Part shown: in pieces, positions 18,373-27,809 of the stretch
Position numbering within the stretch: the first letter of the stretch is position 1
Layout: the number at the start of each line of letters is the position of its first letter
Source: Gammaproteobacteria bacterium RIFCSPHIGHO2_02_FULL_42_43
Lineage (GTDB): Bacteria > Pseudomonadota > Gammaproteobacteria > Coxiellales > Coxiellaceae
Assembly: GCA_001801425.1 (NCBI GenBank)
Contig: MGXR01000002.1
Coordinates: forward strand, 11,606-75,605
Direction: 5' to 3'
Length of the DNA: 64,000 bases
Program-made: the position numbers and the translations under genes
Notes under the pieces: model-generated
What the model saw: the letters and a program-made list of their open reading frames with translations, nothing else
Databases searched by the model: none
Told to the model about the DNA's origin: nothing

Positions 18373-19001
18373 TGCAAAAAATTAATTTTTGTGATGCGCT
18401 AGCAAAACCGGGTCGTTACGCAATTGATCAGCAACGCTTAATATGGATTGTCAGCGGATGGACTGCATTGTTAATGGTAATTTTTGCACTGCAAGTTTTT
18501 TTTGGTATATTTCAATATATTCAAGTTTCTTATGTATCCCATCAGGAGAGCAATATTTCTGCGCGTTTAAAAAAATTAATTGAGGAAAATCCAAAAATAA
18601 ATTATGTGCGCGAATTAGAAAAATCAGTGATTGCGTCCATGAATAAAGTGGACAAACAGAAAAATTTTATTGAAAAAATGACTGAATTCAAAACGCAACA
18701 ATTACAATTCAAACCCAGTGATTATTTATATGAATTGTCTAACGCTGCAATACCGCAAGTATGGCTGACGCACATGGAATTTTCTAGCCAAGGCCAGCAA
18801 GTGGATTTATCCGGCTTCACTTACAGCTCGTCGAAATTAGCGCAATACGTGACGCGTTTACAAAATGAACCACATTTCAAAGATAAAGTGTTTTCAAAAA
18901 TATCTGTCAACGAAGCAAAGTCTGAAAACAAAAAACAAATTCCTTTTAATTTGAGCACACAGAAAAAAGAAAATAACAGTGGTTCTCGCTCTGCAGGTTG
19001 A
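18372..19001 (+). CDS. PilN-like (MshI C-terminal half-like) bitopic assembly protein
   Basis: Short cytoplasmic N-terminus, single TM (LIWIVSGWTALLMVIFALQVFFGIF), periplasmic coiled region. The last 6 codons and the stop lie within MITE copy B. Confidence 0.5.
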   Translation: MQKINFCDALAKPGRYAIDQQRLIWIVSGWTALLMVIFALQVFFGIFQYIQVSYVSHQESNISARLKKLIEENPKINYVRELEKSVIASMNKVDKQKNFIEKMTEFKTQQLQFKPSDYLYELSNAAIPQVWLTHMEFSSQGQQVDLSGFTYSSSKLAQYVTRLQNEPHFKDKVFSKISVNEAKSENKKQIPFNLSTQKKENNSGSRSAG

Positions 19002-19145
19002 TTGACTTAAATTTTCAGACTTGAGGTGAGATTGAATGATAATTTGGTGAGAAAAGCGGAGTTGACACGGAAGTCTTTGAGCATTTTCGAATCAAATTAT
19101 CGTTCAATATCGCCCAAAGATGAAAATTTTTTTGAAAACGGGAGG
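18983..19145 (+). mobile_element. ~162-bp palindromic MITE-like element, copy B
   Basis: Same sequence family as 14632-14792 (rc) and 37733-37894. Confidence 0.75.
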
Positions 19146-19155
19146 GCTTGGAAAA

Positions 19156-19761
19156 ATGGGTGATTTTTTAAAACAAGCATTGCATTTATTCAGACAATAT
19201 CCCGCACGTTTGCGATTTTGGATAACTGTGGCGCTCATGATGTTGATTTTTTTAATTTGGTATTTTTTGTTTTATCGCACGATCTCACCCATCATTCAAT
19301 CCAATTCTGAAAAAATTAATGTAATACAACACAATATTGCCGCCATGAATGCGCTTTACCAAGAAAATTTGCGCGTGATCAATTCACCCATCAGTACACT
19401 GGAACAGAAAAAACGTGATTTAGAAAAAATGTTACATGAGTTAGAAACCAACACGTTTATCACCAAGAAAATGATGGACACGAAAGAAGATTATCGCAAC
19501 GCGATTCGTGACATTTCAACATTGCCAGAGGCCATCAGCTTTAATCAAATCGATGAACTGCCCAATGCCGACAGCGAAAAAATTTCCATCGAATTTTCGG
19601 GCGGTTATTTTGAAACGCTAGAGTATCTGCAATATTTAGAAAATCTACCCTGGTATATTTTATTTAACAGTCTTGAGTACACGGTAACGAGCTACCCGAA
19701 CGCTAAAGTGACATTGATCATGAGCCTGCCCCACACACCCAAAGGTGCTTCCCATGGCTAA
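19156..19761 (+). CDS. MshJ/PilO-like bitopic assembly protein
   Basis: MGDFLKQ start with GGAGGG upstream, TM (FWITVALMMLIFLIWYFLFY), coiled-coil. Assigned by position between the MshI-like and MshK/L genes. Confidence 0.5.
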   Translation: MGDFLKQALHLFRQYPARLRFWITVALMMLIFLIWYFLFYRTISPIIQSNSEKINVIQHNIAAMNALYQENLRVINSPISTLEQKKRDLEKMLHELETNTFITKKMMDTKEDYRNAIRDISTLPEAISFNQIDELPNADSEKISIEFSGGYFETLEYLQYLENLPWYILFNSLEYTVTSYPNAKVTLIMSLPHTPKGASHG

Positions 19762-20077
19762 TTATTTTTTTTGTTTATTGCTTTTATTCGCCGCAACAGC
19801 GCAAGCACTAACTGACCCCACCATGCCACCCGACTGGGATGCCAAAAGTCTCATGGCAGAAATACCAAAAGATATCATTTTTACGGGAGTTTTCACCAAA
19901 AAAGACAGGGCTTTTGCAATCATTAACGGAAAAACCATCCACGTGGGGGATATGATTGCTAATCACGAAGTCACTCGAATCGGGCCACACGCCGTTTATC
20001 TCAAAAGCGATCACGGCACTTTTATGGTACCATTAATCACTAAGGTGACGACTCCAGTAACGGATGAGAAGCATTGA
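19754..20077 (+). CDS. MshK-like small periplasmic pilus biogenesis protein
   Basis: Signal peptide MANYFFCLLLLFAATAQA, ~107 aa, immediately upstream of the secretin. Assignment is by position and size only. Confidence 0.45.
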   Translation: MANYFFCLLLLFAATAQALTDPTMPPDWDAKSLMAEIPKDIIFTGVFTKKDRAFAIINGKTIHVGDMIANHEVTRIGPHAVYLKSDHGTFMVPLITKVTTPVTDEKH

Positions 20078-21809
20078 GATGGATCTTCCACTAAAAAAAT
20101 ATCTGTTTCTATGTATTACCTTGTTACTCGGTATCATGCTGACCGCTTGCATGACCAAACCATCTGTTTACCCCACCGCCGGCGAGCAAATTCAAAACAC
20201 ACTCAACAGCAGCATTCAAACAGACCGCGCCATGTCCCGCACAAATACGGTATCACGCAGTGCATCATCATCACCGCGTCTTAAAAATGATTTGCTTCCG
20301 CCGCTGGTTTTAAATGGTCCTGCTAACGCGGCGCCACTTGAACATCGCTTTAATGTTACTGCCAATGACATGCCCGCTAAAAATTTTTTTCTGGGTTTGG
20401 TTGCAGGAACCAACGAGAATATGATTATTTCACCGAACGCTGCCGGCACAATTACGCTAAATTTAAAAAATGTCACCATCGATCAAGCGCTCGACGCGGC
20501 GCGTGACATTTACGGTTATCAATACAAAAAAACAGACACGGGTTACGAAATTTTACCCAAAGAAATGATCACGCGTGTTTTCAATATTAATTATTTAAAT
20601 ATTAATCGCGCAGGACAATCTCAAACGCAATTAATTTCAACTGAAATCACCAATGAAAACACGGGTAGCAGCAGCGCCGCTACGAATTCCGCACCAACGG
20701 CTCCTGGCACGGTCAGTGCGCAGAATAATGTCATGCAAGGCTCTGGCAGCACGGTGGTCACGAGAGAGCAAAACGATTTTTGGACAGGACTGAGTGATAC
20801 TTTAAAAACATTGGTTGGAACCAAAGAAGGTCGCTGGGTGGTAACAAATCCACAAGCAAGTGTTGTGATGGTGCACGCATATCCCGACGAATTACATCAA
20901 ATTAGTGGTTATCTTCAAGCGATGCAGAAAAATTTACAACGCGAAGTCATTATCGAAGCAAAAATTTTAGAAATTACATTGGATGATAATTATCAAGCGG
21001 GCATCAATTGGAAAATATTAGGAGCCGTGCAAAATAGCGTGAATGGGCTTTCATCTGATTTTGCGAGTGACGGTCAAGCGTTCAGTTTAAAAATCAACGG
21101 AAACAACTCTGATTTTAACAGCGTCATTAATCTCTTGTCGCAACAAGGCAATGTGCAAGTGCTTTCAAGCCCGCGCATTTCAACGATCAATAATCAAGAG
21201 GCGGTGATTAAAGTCGGCAACGATCAATTTTTTGTGACAGGTTATACATCCAACATTGTACCCAGCAACAGCTCAACCACCACGTCGCAAAGCATCGCAC
21301 TCAATCCCTTTTTCTCTGGAATTACATTAGATGTCATTCCGCAAATCAGCGGCGACGGTGCCGTGACACTCTACATTCATCCGTCAATCAGTACGGTAAA
21401 AGATCAAAACAAAACAATTCAACTCGGCAGCTCCAGTGGTGGTAATGTAACATTGCCTTTGGCGCTCAGCAGCATTCGCGAATCCGACAACGTTGTGAAA
21501 GCACAAAATGGCCAAATCGTGGTGATTGGCGGATTAATGCAAAATTCAATGTCAGAAACAATTGCGGGCACGCCAGGCTTGACCAAACTTCCCATGCTCG
21601 GCACACTCGGGCGCAACACCAACCAAATCGCTAAAAAAACGGAGCTTGTGATTTTACTGCGCCCCATTTTAGTGCAAAATTCCAAGACGTGGGTCAATGA
21701 TTTGCAAGCAACCGCTCGTCAATTTCAAATTGTGCAGCGCGGATATCACGCAGGCGGGTTGTCCGAAGATTTTGGATCGCTGGGTGAAAGACCCGTTACA
21801 AGAAGATAA
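20064..21809 (+). CDS. mshL: secretin (GspD/PilQ superfamily), MshL-type lipoprotein
   Basis: Lipobox LLGIMLTAC. The C-terminal secretin domain includes VLSSPRISTINNQEAVIKVG...PGLTKLPMLGTLG...ELVILLRP. Confidence 0.85.
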   Translation: MRSIEMDLPLKKYLFLCITLLLGIMLTACMTKPSVYPTAGEQIQNTLNSSIQTDRAMSRTNTVSRSASSSPRLKNDLLPPLVLNGPANAAPLEHRFNVTANDMPAKNFFLGLVAGTNENMIISPNAAGTITLNLKNVTIDQALDAARDIYGYQYKKTDTGYEILPKEMITRVFNINYLNINRAGQSQTQLISTEITNENTGSSSAATNSAPTAPGTVSAQNNVMQGSGSTVVTREQNDFWTGLSDTLKTLVGTKEGRWVVTNPQASVVMVHAYPDELHQISGYLQAMQKNLQREVIIEAKILEITLDDNYQAGINWKILGAVQNSVNGLSSDFASDGQAFSLKINGNNSDFNSVINLLSQQGNVQVLSSPRISTINNQEAVIKVGNDQFFVTGYTSNIVPSNSSTTTSQSIALNPFFSGITLDVIPQISGDGAVTLYIHPSISTVKDQNKTIQLGSSSGGNVTLPLALSSIRESDNVVKAQNGQIVVIGGLMQNSMSETIAGTPGLTKLPMLGTLGRNTNQIAKKTELVILLRPILVQNSKTWVNDLQATARQFQIVQRGYHAGGLSEDFGSLGERPVTRR

Positions 21810-22711
21810 TGTCTATGTATCAGGAACATTTCAAATTAGCCGAACCACCCTTTTCACTGACGCCAGACACACGTTACTTTTACAAATTAACGGGGCATCA
21901 TGACGCATTTAATACATTGATGCTGCATCTGCACAACGGCGAAGGATTTATTAAAATCACCGGTGAAATTGGTTCTGGTAAAACATTATTATGTCGCATG
22001 TTGCTTGAACAATTAGATAATCGCTTTTTAACCGCGTATATTCCCAATCCGGATCTCGAAGCAGCATCACTTCGAAAAAGTTTTGCACGCGAATTGGGAA
22101 TCGACTCAAAATATTTTAATGATCAATATCAATTGCTATCTGCCATCAATGAAAAATTAATTGAATTGCGTTGTGCTGGAAAACAGGTGGTAATAGTGAT
22201 TGATGAAGCGCAAGCATTGCCAACAGAAAGTTTAGAAACGTTGCGCCTGTTGGCAAATCTTGAAACCAAATCAGAAAAATTATTACAAATTGTATTGTTT
22301 GGACAAACGGAATTAGATTCGAGACTCAATCAGGGATCGTTGCGGCAATTAAAACAACGCATCAGTTTTTCAAGCAAATTAGGTTTGCTAAAATATTCTG
22401 AATTAAAATATTATATTGCACATCGCTTGCATATTGCGGGATATCACAATCCGCATGCGTTATTTACGAAATTGTCACACTGGATTTTATTCAATAAGAG
22501 CAAAGGTATTCCGCGTTTAATTAATATTTTTTGTCATAAGGCGCTGATGTCTGCTTATGGCCGCGGAAAACATAAAGTTACTTTTCGCGATATCATTCGC
22601 GCCTGCAATGACACTGAATTCAATTCAAATCACAGCCCCATGGCAGTGACAATCGGATTGGCGCTGGCTTGTGCTGCAGCAGTCGCGTTATTGATTTGGA
22701 GATTTCAGTGA
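21809..22711 (+). CDS. mshM: ExeA-like AAA ATPase (MshM-type)
   Basis: FSLTPDTRYFY, Walker A GEIGSGKTLLCRML, Walker B VVIVIDEAQ, C-terminal TM. Confidence 0.8.
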   Translation: MSMYQEHFKLAEPPFSLTPDTRYFYKLTGHHDAFNTLMLHLHNGEGFIKITGEIGSGKTLLCRMLLEQLDNRFLTAYIPNPDLEAASLRKSFARELGIDSKYFNDQYQLLSAINEKLIELRCAGKQVVIVIDEAQALPTESLETLRLLANLETKSEKLLQIVLFGQTELDSRLNQGSLRQLKQRISFSSKLGLLKYSELKYYIAHRLHIAGYHNPHALFTKLSHWILFNKSKGIPRLINIFCHKALMSAYGRGKHKVTFRDIIRACNDTEFNSNHSPMAVTIGLALACAAAVALLIWRFQ

Positions 22712-23583
22712 GTTTAACCAATGACATGTTAAACAATCTGGCGAAGCGTCATTCATTGAGCAGAAATAATCAATTGCTATTGAATGATGCGACGACGAAC
22801 GCGTCCAACAAATCCTATTATGCATCGTACGTCATTTTCATTTTATTTTTAATTTTATTGCTCGCAACACCCGTTATTATTTTTTACATTGAAAATGATT
22901 ATATTGAATCACATCACGCTATCGCAACGCCCGTTGTTGCGCCACATCCTGTTGCAATACAAAAAAATGCGGTGCCAACCGCTCTTGTCAAAACTGCAGT
23001 GCCGGAATCATCACAAGATCAAGCAACAGAATTATATCAACAAGCATTGACACTGATTTCACAAAATGAAATTTCTGCTGCCACTGAAAAATTATCGCGT
23101 ATTCTTGAAATTCAACCGAGTTACACAGATGCGCGTGGCGCATTGGCCACACTGTATTTAGAAAATAATGAAACGGATGCGGCAATCAGCGTATTGCGCA
23201 AGGGATTAGTGAAAGATCCCAACAATCTACCGCTGACCTTGCTGTATGCACGCGCCATGATTATGCAAAACCGCAATCAAGATGCATTGCTAGCCCTCGA
23301 CAATGTCGCTAATGCGGCGGGAAATGACACCACTTATCTCGAATTGTTGGCTAATGTGCAAGAATCGCTGGGGCATTATGCGGATGCGGTGTCGCTTTAC
23401 AAATCCTTGTTGCAAAATAATCCCGCCAATGATCGCTGGTTAGTCAGTCTTGGAGTTGCACTTGAAAATACTGGAGATAAATTGGCCGCGTTAGATGCTT
23501 ATAAAAGAGCAAACAACTCGGGGGAATTGCCACCCGATCTGCAAAATTATGTCACTGGTCGCATTCAAAATTTGGGAAGTTAG
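22708..23583 (+). CDS. mshN: TPR-repeat pilus biogenesis protein (MshN-type)
   Basis: The GTG start overlaps the mshM stop (GTGA). N-terminal SLTNDMLNNLAKR, one TM, then TPR-like repeats (ATELYQQALTLISQ..., AISVLRKGL..., AVSLYKSLLQ..., ALDAYKRA). Confidence 0.65.
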   Translation: MSLTNDMLNNLAKRHSLSRNNQLLLNDATTNASNKSYYASYVIFILFLILLLATPVIIFYIENDYIESHHAIATPVVAPHPVAIQKNAVPTALVKTAVPESSQDQATELYQQALTLISQNEISAATEKLSRILEIQPSYTDARGALATLYLENNETDAAISVLRKGLVKDPNNLPLTLLYARAMIMQNRNQDALLALDNVANAAGNDTTYLELLANVQESLGHYADAVSLYKSLLQNNPANDRWLVSLGVALENTGDKLAALDAYKRANNSGELPPDLQNYVTGRIQNLGS

Positions 23584-23587
23584 CGCG

Positions 23588-24811
23588 ATGCCTATCTTTG
23601 CTTACGAAGCACGCAACAAAACAGGCGTGTTACAAAAAGGGAGAATCGAGGCAGACAACTCAGATCAAGCCGCAACACAACTCAGTAAAAATAATTTAGT
23701 TCCCATTAAAATTCAAACCGTCAAAACACAATTCCATTGGCATTTTCCAAAGTTGACCATGCCAAAATTCAAGAAAAAAATTTCGCGCGACGTACTGTCT
23801 GTTTTTTCCAGGCAAATGTATTCGCTCTACAAAGCGGGAATTCCCATTGTATCGTCCATTCAGCGATTAGCAAAAATTACCACACAACCGGCACTCGCAC
23901 TCGCATTACACGGGATCGCAAAGGATATTGCTTCTGGCACTTCGTTGTCCAAAGCGATGGGTCATTATCCCGATGTTTTCCCATCATTGATTATTGCGTT
24001 GGTTGTGAGCGGTGAAATCAATGGGCGTTTGGATGAAGCGTTTTTATCTGCAGCAAAACATTATGAATTGCAAAGCATCTCGCATAAACGATTAAAAAGT
24101 ATTTTGCGTTATCCCCTGCTCGTACTTGGATTTTCTTTCGCGGCAATTATGTTAATTAATGTGTTTGTGATCCCAAGATTCGCGCAGCTTTACAGCAAAT
24201 TTTCAGCGCAGTTGCCGCTGCCCACGCGCATGCTGATTCATTTTTCAAATTTCATTCAAAATTATTGGTGGTTAATTATTATCGTCATGTTATTAACAGC
24301 AATTTTGATTCGTTATTTTTTAAATTACGACCAATGGCTTATCTATATTGATCGCAAAAAATTAAAGCTGCCAATTTTTGGACCAATTTTTGAAAATATT
24401 TTAATGGCAGATTTTTCACACGGGCTTGCCATATTATTAAAAACCGGGATTACGTTGATTCAATCACTTCGATTAACAGCGGATATCGTGAATAATCATT
24501 ATGCGCGAAAACAAATTTTAGAAATGCTGGAATTAATTGAGCGTGGAAAAAATTTCTCACAAGCAGCCAACGCCGTCAATTTTTTATCACCACTGCTTTT
24601 GCAAATTTTATCCGTCGGTGAAAAAACCGGGAACGTTGATAATATGCTATTCGAAGCCAGTACGTCATATGAACAAGAAATCGAATTCGACATCAAACGA
24701 TTGGGCGATAGAATTGAACCTGTTTTGTTAGTCATGGTTGGCGGCATTGTGTTGCTCTTAGCGCTCGGTGTTTTCTTGCCGATGTGGAGCTTGGTTTATA
24801 ATGCGAAATGA
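23588..24811 (+). CDS. mshG: GspF/PilC-family platform protein (MshG-type)
   Basis: MPIFAYEARNKTG start, duplicated GspF domains, three TM segments, ~407 aa. Confidence 0.85.
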   Translation: MPIFAYEARNKTGVLQKGRIEADNSDQAATQLSKNNLVPIKIQTVKTQFHWHFPKLTMPKFKKKISRDVLSVFSRQMYSLYKAGIPIVSSIQRLAKITTQPALALALHGIAKDIASGTSLSKAMGHYPDVFPSLIIALVVSGEINGRLDEAFLSAAKHYELQSISHKRLKSILRYPLLVLGFSFAAIMLINVFVIPRFAQLYSKFSAQLPLPTRMLIHFSNFIQNYWWLIIIVMLLTAILIRYFLNYDQWLIYIDRKKLKLPIFGPIFENILMADFSHGLAILLKTGITLIQSLRLTADIVNNHYARKQILEMLELIERGKNFSQAANAVNFLSPLLLQILSVGEKTGNVDNMLFEASTSYEQEIEFDIKRLGDRIEPVLLVMVGGIVLLLALGVFLPMWSLVYNAK

Positions 24812-24819
24812 TGTGGATT

Positions 24820-24863
24820 GCACGCACTTGCTCCACAATGCTTACGCATTGTTCCGCGCGTGC
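24820..24863. terminator. hairpin between convergent mshG and mshE (diverged REP family 2 copy)
   Basis: ACAATGC-TTAC-GCATTGT (24835-24852) is flanked by GCACGC...GCGTGC. Confidence 0.45.
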
Positions 24864-24901
24864 TTCTGAGGTGTTGTGACTGTCCACTCACACTCTCACC
24901 A

Positions 24902-26596
24902 TCACGCAATAAATCCTTCGTTAATCACGCGCATCGTCTCAGCCACAGTTGTCACACCTTCAACCGTCAATCGATACGCATCATTCACTAATTTTTTATT
25001 GATCAATGCTTTTGTTGCAAGTTTATGAAATGTATTTTGATCATTCACTCGCAATGCTTCCGACATCGCATCATCTAATTCTAATAATTCAAAAATTGCG
25101 GAACGACCGCTGAAACCAGTATTCGCGCACAACGAGCAACCGCGACCTGATTTAAATTGAATATGTTCATACGGTAAATTTAATTTAGATAGCCATACTT
25201 TTTCATGCTCATCTAACGTGTGATCTCGAATGCAATTGCGACAAATTAATCCCATCAAACGTTGCGCTAAAATCGCTTGCATGGTTGCAGCAATCATGTA
25301 AGGCTCAACACCCAAATCAATTAACCGATAAATGGTGCTGACCGTGTCATTGGTATGCAAAGTGGATAACACCAAGCGACCCGTTAATGCAGTACGCATT
25401 GCGATCGAACTTGTTTCGCCATCGCGCATTTCACCGAGCAGAATCACATCGGGATCGTGGCGCAAAATACCGCGCAACACATTTGAAAAATCCAGTCCAA
25501 TTTTTTCGTTGATTTGAATTTGCGTCGCCCACGGCAAAAAATATTCGATAGGATCTTCAATGGTAATAATTTTAATTTCGGGGCGATTAATTTCGTTTAA
25601 CGCTGCATATAGCGTCGTCGTTTTACCCACACTGGTTGGCCCTGTCACCAAAATAATGCCGTTGGCCTTATGAAATAATTTTTGCATGCGCGTTAACACA
25701 GCGCCCGTCATGCCTGTGTCAGAAAGTTGTGTGCGTTTTTGTGTGTGCGGCAACAAACGCATCACGACGGATTCGCCAAACGGCGTCGGCATGGTTGATA
25801 ACCGAATCACAAACTTTTTTTCAAATAACGTAATTTCAAAACGACCATCTTGCGGAAAACGTTTTTCCGAAATATTTAATTCAGACATCAATTTTAATCG
25901 AGACACAATGGCTGGCATAATGCGCGATTCATTCACCACTTGCTCATGTAGAATTCCATCGACGCGCAAGCGAATGCGAATAGTGGTTTCGGTCGGCTCG
26001 ATATGAATGTCAGATGCATTCATTTGAATGGCATCTCTGAAAATTGTGTTTAATAAATCGATGACGGGTGCGTCCACTTTGTCTTCGGTTTGTGGCAACA
26101 CGTCGATATCTTTTTTCATTTCTTGCGACAATGAACGCGCATAACCGCTGATCGCTTCGCTTTGACGATAAACCAAACTAAATGTTTTTATTAAATCTTG
26201 CTCGCGCATGAGCGCAAAAAATAATGGTTTTTTTAGATAGGTGCGCAACTTATCCACGGCAGCAATATCCATGGGATCCGACATACCCACCAAATAACCA
26301 TTGCTGTCTTCTTTGAGTAAAATGGCGCGGCAAGTCTGCGCGTAAAATGCCGGCAATCGCCGCGCAAACACGGGATCCACATCGTGTTGCTTAAGATCGT
26401 AAAATGGAATATTGAGATATTGTGCAAAGCGTTCTAAAAATTGTTGCTCAGAAATAATATTGAGATCAACGAGCGCTTGACCAATCTTCACGCCCGTCTT
26501 TTTTTTTCGTTGAACGGCTAACTCCAATTGCTCAGCGCTGACAACGCCTTGCTTGAGTAACCAATCTTTAAACCGCATCCCTGGTGTTGTTGCCAT
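24902..26596 (-). CDS. mshE: GspE/PilB-family secretion ATPase with MshEN-type N-terminal domain
   Basis: Walker A GPTSVGKTT, Walker B-region ILLGEMRD, tetracysteine CRNC...CSLC. The N-terminus RFKDWLLKQGVVSAEQLELAVQ / KIGQALVDLNIISEQQFLERFAQ matches the two-fold MshEN motif. Confidence 0.9.
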   Translation of the reverse strand: MATTPGMRFKDWLLKQGVVSAEQLELAVQRKKKTGVKIGQALVDLNIISEQQFLERFAQYLNIPFYDLKQHDVDPVFARRLPAFYAQTCRAILLKEDSNGYLVGMSDPMDIAAVDKLRTYLKKPLFFALMREQDLIKTFSLVYRQSEAISGYARSLSQEMKKDIDVLPQTEDKVDAPVIDLLNTIFRDAIQMNASDIHIEPTETTIRIRLRVDGILHEQVVNESRIMPAIVSRLKLMSELNISEKRFPQDGRFEITLFEKKFVIRLSTMPTPFGESVVMRLLPHTQKRTQLSDTGMTGAVLTRMQKLFHKANGIILVTGPTSVGKTTTLYAALNEINRPEIKIITIEDPIEYFLPWATQIQINEKIGLDFSNVLRGILRHDPDVILLGEMRDGETSSIAMRTALTGRLVLSTLHTNDTVSTIYRLIDLGVEPYMIAATMQAILAQRLMGLICRNCIRDHTLDEHEKVWLSKLNLPYEHIQFKSGRGCSLCANTGFSGRSAIFELLELDDAMSEALRVNDQNTFHKLATKALINKKLVNDAYRLTVEGVTTVAETMRVINEGFIA

Positions 26597-26597
26597 A

Positions 26598-27068
26598 TTA
26601 ACAGCCGGTTGTGATGGTTGTGATGACTATCGGAGTAATGCCTCCAGTAATGGGTCCGCCGTTGTTGATATACATCAAACTACACTGAGAAACAGGGGGC
26701 ACGAAATTATATATAGCTGCAGTCGGCGTATAAGAGACTTTAAATCCATGCAGTGTTTGCAATGCAAGACCTATTCCTTGAAAGCCTGTTGTAGGGTGCC
26801 CGATGCCCGGCAGAACCTGTATAGGCTGTCCATTCATGGTAACAACACCGCTTGCACTTGTGATTGTGTTACCTTCCGCTATATATTGCGCCTGCGCTAA
26901 CATCTGCGCACTCTCAATAGCACCCTTCAAGCCAGCCAACGCTGCAATGCGAGCACCTCTAGTTTGATCGATAAAACGAGGAACCGCAATTGCCGCTAAA
27001 ATACCAAGGATGGCAATAACAACGATCAGTTCAATGAGTGTAAAACCGAAACTCTGATTGTTAATCAT
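26598..27068 (-). CDS. type IV major pilin paralogue A1 (MshA-like)
   Basis: [36 protein letters not shown]-terminal Cys...Cys D-region. One nt separates its stop from the mshE ATG. Confidence 0.85.
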   Translation of the reverse strand: MINNQSFGFTLIELIVVIAILGILAAIAVPRFIDQTRGARIAALAGLKGAIESAQMLAQAQYIAEGNTITSASGVVTMNGQPIQVLPGIGHPTTGFQGIGLALQTLHGFKVSYTPTAAIYNFVPPVSQCSLMYINNGGPITGGITPIVITTITTGC

Positions 27069-27122
27069 ACCCCCCCGTTTTACTCACTTCCTTCTGTTAA
27101 CAACATCTTAGGCGGTAAAACT

Positions 27123-27197
27123 CTAGCCGCTCAGCGTTAACACAACACCTTGCTTGAGCAACCAATCTTTAAACCGCATCCCTGGTGTTGTTGCCAT
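27123..27197 (-). pseudogene. remnant of mshE 5' end (24 codons then stop)
   Basis: It translates MATTPGMRFKDWLLKQGVVLTLSG*. The first 19 residues are identical to the MshE N-terminus. Confidence 0.85.
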
Positions 27198-27198
27198 A

Positions 27199-27669
27199 TT
27201 AACAGCCGGTTGTGATGGTTGTGATGACTATCGGAGTAATGCCTCCAGTAATGGGTCCGCCGTTGTTGATATACATCAAACTACACTGAGAAACAGGGGG
27301 CACGAAATTATATGTAGCTGCATTCGACGTATGAGTGACTTTGAATCCATGCAGTGTTTGCAATGCAAGACCTATTCCTTGAGCGCCTGTTGCAGGTTGC
27401 CCGATGCCCGGCAGAACCTGTATAGGCTGTCCATTCATGGTAACAACACCGCTTTCACTTGTGATTGTGTTACCTTCCGCTATATATTGCGCCTGCGCTA
27501 ACATCTGCGCACTCTCAATAGCACCCTTCAAACCAGCCAACGCTGCAATACGGGCACCTCTGGTTTGATCGATAAAACGAGGAACCGCAATCGCCGCTAA
27601 AATACCAAGGATGGCAATAACAACGATCAGTTCAATGAGTGTAAAACCGAAACTCTGATTGTTAATCAT
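27199..27669 (-). CDS. type IV major pilin paralogue A2
   Basis: 147/156 residues are identical to A1. The 9 substitutions are confined to residues 72-119. Confidence 0.85.
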   Translation of the reverse strand: MINNQSFGFTLIELIVVIAILGILAAIAVPRFIDQTRGARIAALAGLKGAIESAQMLAQAQYIAEGNTITSESGVVTMNGQPIQVLPGIGQPATGAQGIGLALQTLHGFKVTHTSNAATYNFVPPVSQCSLMYINNGGPITGGITPIVITTITTGC

Positions 27670-27724
27670 ACCCCCCCCGTTTTACTAACTTCCTTCTGTT
27701 AACAACATCTCAGGCGGTAAAACC

Positions 27725-27800
27725 CTAGCCGCTCAGCGTTAACACGACGCCTTGCTTGAGTAACCAATCTTTAAACCGAATCCCTGAGATGTTGTCACCA
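27725..27800 (-). pseudogene. second, degraded remnant of mshE 5' end (no ATG)
   Basis: It reads ..GIRFKDWLLKQGVVLTLSG* on the minus strand. Confidence 0.7.
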
Positions 27801-27809
27801 GATCATTAA

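Larger units (their letters stand above)
26530..27800. repeat. tandem duplication (~601-bp unit) of pilin gene plus 5' end of mshE
   Basis: 26530-27130 and 27129-27731 are near-identical. A third, more diverged mshE-5' remnant is at 27725-27800. Confidence 0.9.

Noticed and set aside
26553-27501. Twin 115-aa plus-strand ORFs (26553-26900 and 27154-27501).
   Set aside because: They are antisense shadows of pilin paralogues A1 and A2 and are duplicated only because the pilin unit is duplicated. The opposite strand has canonical prepilin leaders.
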